A program made the position numbers and the translations under genes. A DNA stretch of 40,161 nt, taken from contig JBHHUU010000003.1 in the NCBI GenBank assembly GCA_046753905.1, forward strand, positions 1 to 40,161, given 5' to 3'. The DNA is from Nitrospirota bacterium (lineage in GTDB: Bacteria; Nitrospirota; Nitrospiria; JBHHUU01). Below, one piece after another: positions 1 to 8,477 of this stretch; position 1 is the first letter of the stretch, and every line of letters starts with the position of its first letter. The notes beneath the pieces are model-generated. The model was not told the origin of the DNA, made no database searches, and was given only the letters and a program-made list of their open reading frames with translations.

Positions 1-67
1 GGACAAACCTGACCTAAATCTGAGCGCACAATGTAACACTTATTGTTTTACAGACACTAAGCTAAAA

Positions 68-451
68 TCACTCTCTTGTCACATCTGACTCAGTCTCTTT
101 ATTCTTTGAATCATTTATATATATAGTTAATTCCCTCTTTATCTCGTCGGCTACATTATCTTTATCTATCTTTTTTACCATAAGATCTTCTCTGAATCTT
201 TGCTTTATATTATCTCTAAGCCTTATAGCCTCTTCCTGAGCAATGACAGCCTCTTTTCCTGTCAGATATTTAATTTTATTCTCAATGACCTCTTCTATTG
301 CAACACTTGTCTCTTTTTCATGTTTGCTCTCTATCTCTGGTTTATCACCCTGAATTAATTTTCTTGCCCTCTGAGATGCAATGATAACCAACCTATACTT
401 ACTATCTATATTACTATCTTTTAATTCAACAGGCATTGTTATTATGTCCAT
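68..451 (-). CDS. rpoZ: DNA-directed RNA polymerase subunit omega with C-terminal extension
   Basis: IDSKYRLVIIASQRARKL and AIEEV omega motifs; directly downstream of gmk. Confidence 0.93.
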   Translation of the reverse strand: MDIITMPVELKDSNIDSKYRLVIIASQRARKLIQGDKPEIESKHEKETSVAIEEVIENKIKYLTGKEAVIAQEEAIRLRDNIKQRFREDLMVKKIDKDNVADEIKRELTIYINDSKNKETESDVTRE

Positions 452-467
452 AAATCAGATTACCTCC

Positions 468-1091
468 TTACTCTTTCATAAAATTATCTTGAATCCATGA
501 TGATATATCCTTTTTCCTTGCCTTCAGTCTTTCAGTAATAATTATTGCCTCTAATTCTCTGAGTGCCTTATTAAAGTCATCATTGACAATAAAATAATAA
601 TACTCTTTATAATTCATTATCTCAAGTTTTGCCCTTTTTAACCTTTTCTCTATCTCTTTATCTGATTCAGACTTCCTCTTCAGCAACCTTGTTCGTAATG
701 CATCAAATGAAGGAGGAAGGATGTAAATAAATATTCCCTCCTTATATTTCTTTTTTATCTGCATTGCACCCTGAGAGTCTATATCCAGAATGGTATCCAC
801 ACCATTATTTATCATACCCATGATATGATCTCTGTCAGTGCCGTATAGATTGCCATGCACCTCTGCCCATTCTAAAAAATTATCCTCTTTTACCATCCTT
901 GTAAATCTCTCTTTATCTACAAAAAAATAGTCTTTTCCATCTATTTCTCCTATACGAGGAGATCTGGTAGTATAAGATATAGAATGTTGAAGATGAGATA
1001 CAGATTTAGTAATCTCCTTACAGAGGCTGGTCTTACCTGCACCGGATGGCGCTGACACTACAAAGAGTATACCCTTTTTGTTGTTATCCAA
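468..1091 (-). CDS. gmk: Guanylate kinase
   Basis: P-loop SAPSGAGKTS, SYTTRSPR, GKDYFF, EWAEVHGNLYGT; TTG start. Confidence 0.97.
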   Translation of the reverse strand: MDNNKKGILFVVSAPSGAGKTSLCKEITKSVSHLQHSISYTTRSPRIGEIDGKDYFFVDKERFTRMVKEDNFLEWAEVHGNLYGTDRDHIMGMINNGVDTILDIDSQGAMQIKKKYKEGIFIYILPPSFDALRTRLLKRKSESDKEIEKRLKRAKLEIMNYKEYYYFIVNDDFNKALRELEAIIITERLKARKKDISSWIQDNFMKE

Positions 1092-1101
1092 TACTGTTAC
1101 C

Positions 1102-1356
1102 TCATAATTCCTTTTCTATAGATGTAAATCTCTGGGCTATGGTCTCGACCTGTATCCCTGACAGGATAACATGCCCGCTATCTGTAATAATTATTGCCCT
1201 TGTTCTTCTCCCATGCGAGACATCTACCAATTTCCCTGACTGCCTTGCCTCTTCTTTTAACTTCTTCATGGGTGATGATGAAGGAGATACAATTGCTACA
1301 ATCTTAGAAGCTGCTACTACATTACCAAAACCTATATTTACTATCTTAAAAGACAG
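1102..1356 (-). CDS. remA: RemA/DUF370 family regulator (84 aa), absent from the ORF track, apparent CTG start
   Basis: Manual translation: (M)[89 protein letters not shown] and GRRTRA are family motifs, and the position between yicC and gmk is canonical. Confidence 0.92.
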   Translation of the reverse strand: MSFKIVNIGFGNVVAASKIVAIVSPSSSPMKKLKEEARQSGKLVDVSHGRRTRAIIITDSGHVILSGIQVETIAQRFTSIEKEL

Positions 1357-1381
1357 ATATATTCACCCCCCTTTAGTCTGA

Positions 1382-2257
1382 TTACTCGATATTCTGCACC
1401 TGTTCCCTTAATCTCTCAAGTTCATTCTTTACAGTGACCACCCCTTGTGACACTATGTCATCATTTGCCTTTGATCCGATTGTGTTTATCTCTCTATTCA
1501 TCTCCTGAAGTAAAAACTCAAGGCTCCTTCCCACGGCTTTATCCATCTCTATTATATTTTCAAACTGTATTATATGGCTCTCCAGCCTGACAATCTCTTC
1601 ACTTATGTCAGATCTATCTGTATAGATTACAATCTCCTGCAGGAGTCTGTTTTCATCTATCTCATTCCCTGTCAATTCCTCAATTCTCGCCTTAAGCCTA
1701 TTTCTATATCTCTTTACAACTTCAGGCGATCTCTTATCTATACTTTTTAATGATTCTTTTATAATTATTAATCTCTTCAGGATATCCCTATGGAGTATTT
1801 TCCCCTCTTCTACCCTCATCTTCTTAAGGTTATCTATTGCCTCTATAAGAAGCTCATCAAGTCCTCCTTCTATTGTTACAGGCATCTTATCTTCTTCTGC
1901 TATTGTTATAATATCATGGAATTGTGTAATGGTTCCTATCTCTATATCACACTTTAAACAAAACTCTCTCTTTAATTAATTCAATAAGGAACAATATTGT
2001 TTTGCTAACTCCTTATTTATCTGTAATCTCTTATTCTCTCCATTCAAACCATTTGCTGAAATAGTTACATCTATACGACCCCTGGAAAAACGGGACTGTA
2101 TCATCTTCTTTATCTTGTTTTCCAATGGGACAAAGACCTTTTGCAACCGTGTTGATATTTCACAGAACCTATGATTTACAGATCGAAGCTCTACAACATA
2201 ATAAATATTATTTTGCTCGCCCTCACTTCTGCCATAACCTGTCATGCTTTTAATCAT
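1382..2257 (-). pseudogene. yicC: YicC/YloC family endoribonuclease interrupted by an in-frame TAA at 1976-1978
   Basis: N-terminal MIKSMTGYGR/SVNHRF and C-terminal EMNREINTIGSKA...LREQVQNIE are in the same frame; 292 codons in total, with a single stop between the two track ORFs. Confidence 0.85.
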
Positions 2258-2279
2258 TTATCCCTCTTAATTTTTATCC

Positions 2280-2309
2280 ATTTTATACTATTTCTCTTCT
2301 ATTTGTCAA
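2280..2309 (-). promoter_or_regulatory. Putative sigma70 promoter of the yicC-remA-gmk-rpoZ operon
   Basis: TTGACA (2309-2304) followed by TATAAA (16-nt spacer) or TAAAAT (18-nt spacer), about 25 nt upstream of the yicC ATG. Confidence 0.5.
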
Positions 2310-2360
2310 TTTACGTCAACTTATAGATTAAGACTTATTTAAATATAATAGAGAAGCTAA

Positions 2361-2422
2361 AAAGAGTAAATTTTTGGAATAATATGGAAGATTTTTTCTT
2401 ATATTGGGAAAAGTTTTTCCCA
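2361..2422. promoter_or_regulatory. Putative upstream activator array (phased GAAAAnnTTTTC palindromes), copy 1
   Basis: TGGGAAAA-GT-TTTTCCCA at 2405-2422 and GAAGATTTTTTC at 2387-2398, 21 bp apart; 43/60 ungapped identity with 8211-8270. Confidence 0.6.
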
Positions 2423-2520
2423 CACCTTATAATCAATTATTTTCCCACACTTAAACAAAAAACATATTTTTCTTTTATTTTAAGGGATATTATAATTATT
2501 TTGTGGCAAACAAAGATGTT

Positions 2521-2536
2521 TGGCACAACAATTGCA
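2521..2536 (+). promoter_or_regulatory. sigma54 (-24/-12) promoter
   Basis: TGGCAC-AACAA-TTGCA matches the TGGCAC-N5-TTGCW consensus exactly and lies in an intergenic region. Confidence 0.85.
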
Positions 2537-2580
2537 TTACTACTTATAATAATTATGATATAGATAAAATTTGCCCCCAA

Positions 2581-2636
2581 CACAATCTCCTTTAGTTAAA
2601 GACCAGATGAATGGAATATAACTAAAGGGGATTGTG
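2581..2636 (+). repeat. 18-bp inverted repeat (leader hairpin)
   Basis: CACAATCTCCTTTAGTTA ... TAACTAAAGGGGATTGTG; 17 Watson-Crick pairs plus 1 G:U, 20-nt loop. Confidence 0.75.
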
Positions 2637-2783
2637 GAAACAAAAATTAAATATCTTTTTATATCTTTCAAGTAAGATGTTATCCCATTTAGAGATGGCA
2701 AAGAGACTATCTATCATATACCTTCCGAACTATATTTTTCTGAAGGCGCGGATAGCAGTGGGATAAACAGAGAGGGAGAAGAT

Positions 2784-3776
2784 ATGAGAGGATCTTATAA
2801 AAAGGTATTAAAAAAGGGGGATAAATATATTATAACAAGCTTCAAGGCAAGGGGTCTATTACTCAATAAAGATAAGAGAATGCCTTTCTCTGCCTTAATA
2901 TTTTTTCTCTTCTTATTTATTCTATTTATTCATTCTGTTTTTTATAATGGTCTCATTTTTGCGGCTGATACCTTTACTGTTAATAACTCTAATCAGATTG
3001 GTGCACAGGGCAGCGCGATAGTTAATGCCTATGTCCCATTTTTGAGTAGTGAATGCTCTGGAGGAAGCTGTGGGTCACATGGGGGAGAGGCATTATCTTC
3101 ATGGCTCAATAATACCTTTTTTGACAGTCCTAATAAATTTGTTCCTTCTTTTGATAGTACTCCTGCAAGTGGCTATAGTATGAATACCCTGTTTGGAGTG
3201 GGTCAGGGATTACCAAGTGCATGGTTAAATGTTCTTAATACTACACCATATGCCCCATTAACAGTACCTGATAATCCTAAAAGAACTGAATGGGTAGACC
3301 AGATAGTAATTAAATATACTTCATCGGGAAACTTTGCCCAGAACTTCCGTAGTCAATTGACATTTGGTGATTCTATAGACTTCTCTAATGGAAACATCTA
3401 TAGATCAAGTACATGTGCTGCTAATGTCGCACAGTGCAAGACAATTGTAGACCAGAGGATAGAGCAAGGTGATCAGGATATGGAGGGCACTGCTGGTAGT
3501 AAGGATATCAGGCAGGTGTTTCAGCAGGCATTTGCAGCTACAAGCGGTCCTAATACTACCTCAGATCCTTTAATAAATGAAGGCGCTGTTGTACGATTCG
3601 GGCAAAATATAGAGCAGAATGTAGAAGGATTCTTCTATTCATGCCTGAACTGTAATTTAAACAATGAGCATGCATTTTCAGTCCCTGAGAAACTGCTATT
3701 CCAGAACTGGCCTGTTGTTCCGACAATTACAAGTATAATCCATGGTAGTGCATCTACTCAGGCTAAATTGAATTAG
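2784..3776 (+). CDS. Hypothetical secreted or membrane-anchored protein with three Cys pairs
   Basis: 330-aa ORF with SD-like AGAGGGAG before the ATG; hydrophobic segment ending ..LIFAA (alternative start at 2880); Ser/Asn/Gln-rich mature part; no family recognised. Confidence 0.7.
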   Translation: MRGSYKKVLKKGDKYIITSFKARGLLLNKDKRMPFSALIFFLFLFILFIHSVFYNGLIFAADTFTVNNSNQIGAQGSAIVNAYVPFLSSECSGGSCGSHGGEALSSWLNNTFFDSPNKFVPSFDSTPASGYSMNTLFGVGQGLPSAWLNVLNTTPYAPLTVPDNPKRTEWVDQIVIKYTSSGNFAQNFRSQLTFGDSIDFSNGNIYRSSTCAANVAQCKTIVDQRIEQGDQDMEGTAGSKDIRQVFQQAFAATSGPNTTSDPLINEGAVVRFGQNIEQNVEGFFYSCLNCNLNNEHAFSVPEKLLFQNWPVVPTITSIIHGSASTQAKLN

Positions 3777-3780
3777 AGCA

Positions 3781-3819
3781 GTAGAGCAGCAGAAAAACAT
3801 TGTTTTTCTGCTGCTCTAC
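3781..3819. terminator. Perfect 19-bp-arm palindrome after the stop codon (terminator or processing hairpin)
   Basis: GTAGAGCAGCAGAAAAACA-T-TGTTTTTCTGCTGCTCTAC; no U-tract follows. Confidence 0.5.
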
Positions 3820-3881
3820 AATGGAAATTTCTATACTGTCTATACTGTTTAACTTTAGATACTTTGTACGGAGAGATGAAG

Positions 3882-4310
3882 ATGGCTATAAATATAATAA
3901 TTGCAGGTGACTATAAGATGAGAGATTGTATGCCTTCTATGCTGAGTAATGATAGTGAGATAGTAATAATAGGAGAGGCATCGACAGGGGAGGAGGCAGT
4001 TGTATTGACCTGTGAACTGAAGCCTGACATTATACTGATTGATCTGGATATGCCTGATATGAATGGAATTACTGCCGCACATATTATCAGGGACAGATTT
4101 CCATGTGTCAGGGTATTATTTTTAACAGAGTGCGGGGAGGATGAAGAGTTCTTTGCATCTATGGAAACAGGTGCTATGGGATATATTGTAAAGAAGGTCA
4201 ATATAAGTGAGCTTGTAAAGATAATAAAGTCTGTATATAGAGGGGATGTAATGGTGTCTCATTTTCTTGCCCGTCTTACTTTTAATTATAGAAAGGTAGT
4301 GGGGTTGTAA
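3882..4310 (+). CDS. Stand-alone NarL-type receiver domain protein without a LuxR HTH
   Basis: IIGEASTGEEAV, LIDLDMPDMNG (phosphoacceptor Asp), GAMGYIVK. GGAGAG SD favours ATG 3882. Stop overlaps the next ATG (TAATG). Confidence 0.8.
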   Translation: MAINIIIAGDYKMRDCMPSMLSNDSEIVIIGEASTGEEAVVLTCELKPDIILIDLDMPDMNGITAAHIIRDRFPCVRVLFLTECGEDEEFFASMETGAMGYIVKKVNISELVKIIKSVYRGDVMVSHFLARLTFNYRKVVGL

Positions 4311-5017
4311 TGAATCTAATTTTTATCATGGTAATGGGAATATTTCTGTTATTTAGACCGTATCCATTATTGGCTGCGGAGGATATAAGGGTAATAGACT
4401 CTGACCCCTATTCCATTACCATAGAACTTAATACATCAGATATGAAGATGGATAAGGAATCATATAATGACAGGATATATCATAAGATAAATATTAACAA
4501 TTATGGATATATGAGAGAGGTTGGCTTGCCTCAGCTCCCTGTTAAGGGTCAATTGATAGGCATTCCATCTACAGGAGGGATAGAGATAGATGTAATATAT
4601 TCTGACTATGACCTCCTGTCAGGATATAATATTTATCCTGCTCCTCAACGAATTATAGATAATGTTCAAGGGGTCAAACTTGATTTTACAATAGACGACA
4701 GGGCATATTCTACTGATGCCTTTTATCCAGATGAGATTGTATCCAGGGGATTTTCAGGCTTTATGAGAGATCAGAGGGTAATACAGTTGTTATTCTATCC
4801 TGTACAGTTCAATCCTGTCAGGCATGAGCTGAGATATTACAAGAGGATAGTTGTGAGGCTTACATTTGAGGGGTCTTTTTATAACAAGGAAGATACAAAC
4901 CGCCATAAACAAGGGGAACCCGTATCAGGGAACAGAATAATAGCTGATAGAAAATCTGATACATACGAGTTATTGCTCAGATCTTCAATTTTAAACTATA
5001 ACACTCTTGGAAGATAA
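4310..5017 (+). CDS. Stand-alone peptidase C25 (gingipain) propeptide domain protein
   Basis: Signal peptide; GLPQLPV, IYPAP, AFYP, FMRDQRV..L.FYPVQFNPV...LRYY.RI.VRL motifs typical of the C25 propeptide. Confidence 0.8.
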   Translation: MNLIFIMVMGIFLLFRPYPLLAAEDIRVIDSDPYSITIELNTSDMKMDKESYNDRIYHKININNYGYMREVGLPQLPVKGQLIGIPSTGGIEIDVIYSDYDLLSGYNIYPAPQRIIDNVQGVKLDFTIDDRAYSTDAFYPDEIVSRGFSGFMRDQRVIQLLFYPVQFNPVRHELRYYKRIVVRLTFEGSFYNKEDTNRHKQGEPVSGNRIIADRKSDTYELLLRSSILNYNTLGR

Positions 5018-5026
5018 GGTTAGTTT

Positions 5027-8005
5027 ATGATAGCTATATTATCCTGTGTATTAATAACTTTTATTTTCTCTTTCTTTCCTTTATCTGTTGTGCCTGCTTC
5101 AGCCAGCGTGCAAGTAAAACTATATGTGAATGGAACTGGCATCTATGCAGTCAGAGGCAGTGATTTAGAGGAGATTGGAGTAACTATTCCTGTTGATTCT
5201 GGAAAGATCAGCCTTACACATCAGGGCGAGGATGTACCTATAAATATCACTGATAATGATATCGAAGGCGACTTTGAATCCAATGATTATATAGAATTTT
5301 ATGCACCTGGTATTCCAAAGGATTCAAGACTATATGAATTTGTTAAGTCAGATATATACTGGCTTACAATAGGAGAAAAGGATGGGTTAAGGATGAATCA
5401 AAAGAATGCTAAACCCATCTTGAGACCCAGTCCTCCAACTTCTTTTAAGAAGACCATCCATGCAGAGGAGGATACCTCCTATCCGTATGAAATCCCTTTT
5501 GAAGATGGTAAAGACCACTGGTTCTGGGGAGAGAGGATAAATGCTGGTGATTCAAGGGATATCTCATTTATAGCAAATAACATTGCGGATGATAGAACAG
5601 ATTGCACAATAAGGGTATCTCTCAAAGGGAGGACATCTATGGCTGATGTAGACCCTGATCATCATACCCAGGTCTATCTAAATGGAGATCTGATAGATGA
5701 CAGTTATTGGGATGGGCAGACAGACTTCCTGCATGATAGGACTATATTATCAGAATGTAATCTAAAAGAGGGTGATAATCTGCTTCAGATCAGGTCAGCA
5801 GGAGATACAGGTGCAGGTGCAGATAGTATATATCTCAACTGGTTTGAGGTAGATTATTGGCATAAATATATCTCTGATAATAATATATTAGAGTTTAATA
5901 TAGAACCCCCTGATCTGGATACTCCATGGATGAGGATTGAGGGTGCTGGTTTTAAAGGAGAGGATCTCCATATCTTTGACATTACAGACCCTGAAATGCC
6001 TATAAGGCTAACAGAGGTCTTTACTGTTACCCGTTTTTCAAATCCGAAGACAACAACCTTTTCTTTTCTATATCTTATTGATACAACAAGGAGATATATT
6101 GCATTAACTGAATCATCGCATAAGACACCAGGTATGGTTATTGATACACCTTCAAGGCTCATGGATACAGCGAATGGAGCAGACTATATTATTATTGCCT
6201 ATGATGACTTCTATAACAGCATACTGCCGCTTGTTTCACACCGTGAAATTCAGGGGCTGCGGGTATTTGCTGCAAAGATTTCAGATGTATACGATGAATT
6301 CAGCTATGGACTCTCTGACCCCAAGGCTATAAAGGATTTCCTTTCCTATGCTTATAATAACTGGTCTCAGCCTGCCCCTCTCTATGTCCTCTTAGTGGGA
6401 GATGCCAATATAGACCATAAAGGTAATTTTGGTCCTGAAAGCAAAGATTACATACCTGCACATCTCTTTACTACCTATGATGATAAGAGGGCTCCTGATG
6501 ATAATTGGTTTGCTGCCATTGCCGGTGATGACCCTCTGCCTGATATGCTTATTGGCAGACTGCCTGCTAAGACAGATGCTGAGACAGATATTATGGTAAA
6601 GAAAATAATTGACTATGAGACCTTATCAAAGGGTGACTGGAGTACGAATATACAATTTGTGGCAGATAATGTGAAGACAGATATGACTATAGGGCTAAAA
6701 CCTGAATTGCCATCCACAGATATTATAATGGGCGGAAGTGATATCAGATTGGAGACTGCTGCTCTGCCTGAAGAGACATTTGAATCTCTATCTGAGGAAC
6801 TTATCTCACTGCTTCCGTCTGAATTTAATAGATTAAAGGTCTATATGAGCAGGTACAATAATGATGGTGAGTCAGCAAGGGAAGATATCATCGCGAATAT
6901 CAATAATGGCACTATCCTGACATCCTATGTAGGACATGGATCAATTGGTCTCTGGGCAGCCGAAAACATGTTTAGATTTTCAGATGTTAACCTCCTGAAC
7001 AATAGTGATAGACTTACATTTATCACTACATTCAATTGTCTGAATGGTTATTTTATCTCACCCTTTGAAGGAACAGAGCAGGATGTCCCCATAGCAGAGG
7101 CATTTTTAAAGGCAGAGAATGGCGGTGCTGTTGCCGCATGGAGTGCAACATACCTGGGGTTTACTTCAGAGCACGATATCCTTGCCAGGGAGTTATTTAA
7201 GACTATATTCCAAGAGGGAAATACGATTATAGGAGCTGCGACAACAAGTGCAAAGATAACTGCTGTTTCAGAGAAGATGGTGGCAGTTGATAATATCTAT
7301 AGTTTTGTGTTATTCGGGGATCCCGCCACTTCTCTGGCTATAGATCAGGTGATTATAGCAACATTGTCCCTTCCATCAGGCAAAGTAGGTGTGCCTTATT
7401 TTTCTTCCATTGAGGTATTGGGGGGTGATGCCCCATATAAATGGAAGGTGGCTGATGGTAAGATGCCTCCGGGTCTGTCATTAGAAGCAGCTACAGGGGT
7501 GATCTCTGGAACACCTGTTGAGTCAGGTGAGTTTGCAGTGGATATAATTGTGACAGATAATAGTTCTCCAATCTCAAGGGTTACTAAAAAAAAGATATCT
7601 TTAATGATTGCAGAAGAGGATAAAGCAGATTCAGGTGGAGGCGGAGGCGGCGGAGGATGTTTTATAGCAACGGCTGCGTATGGCTCATATATAGAGCCGC
7701 ATGTGATGATTCTGAGGGAGTTCAGGGACAGGTACCTGTTGACCAATAATATTGGAAGGAAATTTGTCTTTTTATATTATAAATATAGTCCTCCAATCGC
7801 AGATATTATTGCAGGAAGCCCTTTATTGAGGTTTGCAGTCAGGATATTTCTTTTGCCATTGATAGTAGTAAGCCTCTTTCTTACAAAGACAACCACTCTT
7901 ACAAAGATATCCCTGATGATTTTGTTTGTCTTCCTGTTTTTCTTTGCTGTTTTTCTCTGCAAAAAAGAAACAATCATGCCGACCAATCGGCACAAAATGG
8001 GATGA
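5027..8005 (+). CDS. C25 family (gingipain/PorU-like) cysteine peptidase with putative Ig domain and CFI-box-CTERM tail
   Basis: Signal peptide; [27 protein letters not shown]; catalytic YVGHGS and FNCLNGYF; LFGDPA; [17 protein letters not shown] Ig domain; poly-Gly then [25 protein letters not shown] and hydrophobic helices. Confidence 0.9.
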   Translation: MIAILSCVLITFIFSFFPLSVVPASASVQVKLYVNGTGIYAVRGSDLEEIGVTIPVDSGKISLTHQGEDVPINITDNDIEGDFESNDYIEFYAPGIPKDSRLYEFVKSDIYWLTIGEKDGLRMNQKNAKPILRPSPPTSFKKTIHAEEDTSYPYEIPFEDGKDHWFWGERINAGDSRDISFIANNIADDRTDCTIRVSLKGRTSMADVDPDHHTQVYLNGDLIDDSYWDGQTDFLHDRTILSECNLKEGDNLLQIRSAGDTGAGADSIYLNWFEVDYWHKYISDNNILEFNIEPPDLDTPWMRIEGAGFKGEDLHIFDITDPEMPIRLTEVFTVTRFSNPKTTTFSFLYLIDTTRRYIALTESSHKTPGMVIDTPSRLMDTANGADYIIIAYDDFYNSILPLVSHREIQGLRVFAAKISDVYDEFSYGLSDPKAIKDFLSYAYNNWSQPAPLYVLLVGDANIDHKGNFGPESKDYIPAHLFTTYDDKRAPDDNWFAAIAGDDPLPDMLIGRLPAKTDAETDIMVKKIIDYETLSKGDWSTNIQFVADNVKTDMTIGLKPELPSTDIIMGGSDIRLETAALPEETFESLSEELISLLPSEFNRLKVYMSRYNNDGESAREDIIANINNGTILTSYVGHGSIGLWAAENMFRFSDVNLLNNSDRLTFITTFNCLNGYFISPFEGTEQDVPIAEAFLKAENGGAVAAWSATYLGFTSEHDILARELFKTIFQEGNTIIGAATTSAKITAVSEKMVAVDNIYSFVLFGDPATSLAIDQVIIATLSLPSGKVGVPYFSSIEVLGGDAPYKWKVADGKMPPGLSLEAATGVISGTPVESGEFAVDIIVTDNSSPISRVTKKKISLMIAEEDKADSGGGGGGGGCFIATAAYGSYIEPHVMILREFRDRYLLTNNIGRKFVFLYYKYSPPIADIIAGSPLLRFAVRIFLLPLIVVSLFLTKTTTLTKISLMILFVFLFFFAVFLCKKETIMPTNRHKMG

Positions 8006-8012
8006 AAATTTA

Positions 8013-8091
8013 TCACCTTCCCCTTTATCTTTATCCCCTTATAGGAGAGGGTTAGGGAATTTTTACTTGACTCCTCAAATTCTTGAACCCT
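8013..8091. repeat. Degenerate C-rich/G-rich palindromic repeat plus short TTGA(C/A)(T/C)CCT units
   Basis: TCACCTTCCCCTTT...GGAGAGGGTTAGGGA followed by CTTGACTCCT..CTTGAACCCT; resembles dispersed REP-like intergenic repeats. Confidence 0.35.
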
Positions 8092-8210
8092 GCCATAGTT
8101 TTTTGAGGTATAATTGCAATTAAAGATGGTAGTGTCTGTGAAAAAAATAGTGATTTTTTAAGTTTTTAGATGTGTCTTTTCTATATGATTTTTATCTTTT
8201 ATTTATACAG

Positions 8211-8270
8211 AAAGGGAAATATTTTGGAATAAAAGAGAAAAATTTTTCCACTATAAAGAAAAACTTTTCC
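8211..8270. promoter_or_regulatory. Putative upstream activator array, copy 2
   Basis: GAAAAATTTTTC (8237-8248), GAAAAACTTTTC (8258-8269) and a weaker GAAATATTTTGG (8216), all at 21-bp spacing. Confidence 0.6.
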
Positions 8271-8388
8271 ATTAGAAAGATGAGTTGACATGGTATTTTT
8301 TAAAGTCTCTCTTTTTTACAGGGATAAAACTTCTATATTATCCAATTATTTTAATAGATTAGAAAAAATGATTGTTTTTGATCTTTAA

Positions 8389-8404
8389 TGGAATGGAAAT
8401 TGCA
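8389..8404 (+). promoter_or_regulatory. sigma54 (-24/-12) promoter of the giant gene
   Basis: TGGAAT-GGAAA-TTGCA: GG-N10-GC with an intact TTGCA, downstream of the same upstream array as the 2521 promoter. Confidence 0.65.
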
Positions 8405-8477
8405 AGTTTATATACTTAATAAACATCTAAAAACATTTAAAAACAAAAAGCCTTTTTTAATATTTCTTAATATTATT

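Noticed and set aside
30-59. TAGTGTCTGT..AAAA motif shared with 8130-8152 as a possible IS end at the window start
   Set aside because: Only a 10-bp exact match, with no partner end or target duplication visible.
1046-1381. 111-aa plus-strand ORF
   Set aside because: Antisense shadow of remA, which has clear family motifs on the minus strand.
2680-2766. SAM-I, glycine or c-di-GMP-I riboswitch
   Set aside because: Only fragments resemble them (TTATC, GGCAAA, GAAGG); the conserved cores are missing. Kept only as an unassigned structure.
3702-3731. CLNC..H and CSGGSCGSH (at 3054) as heme c attachment sites
   Set aside because: Neither is CxxCH (CLNC is followed by N), so a cytochrome call is not supported.
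8388-8477. Track start of the giant ORF (MEWKLQ...)
   Set aside because: The ATG overlaps the putative sigma54 promoter; the signal peptide fits a start at 8478.
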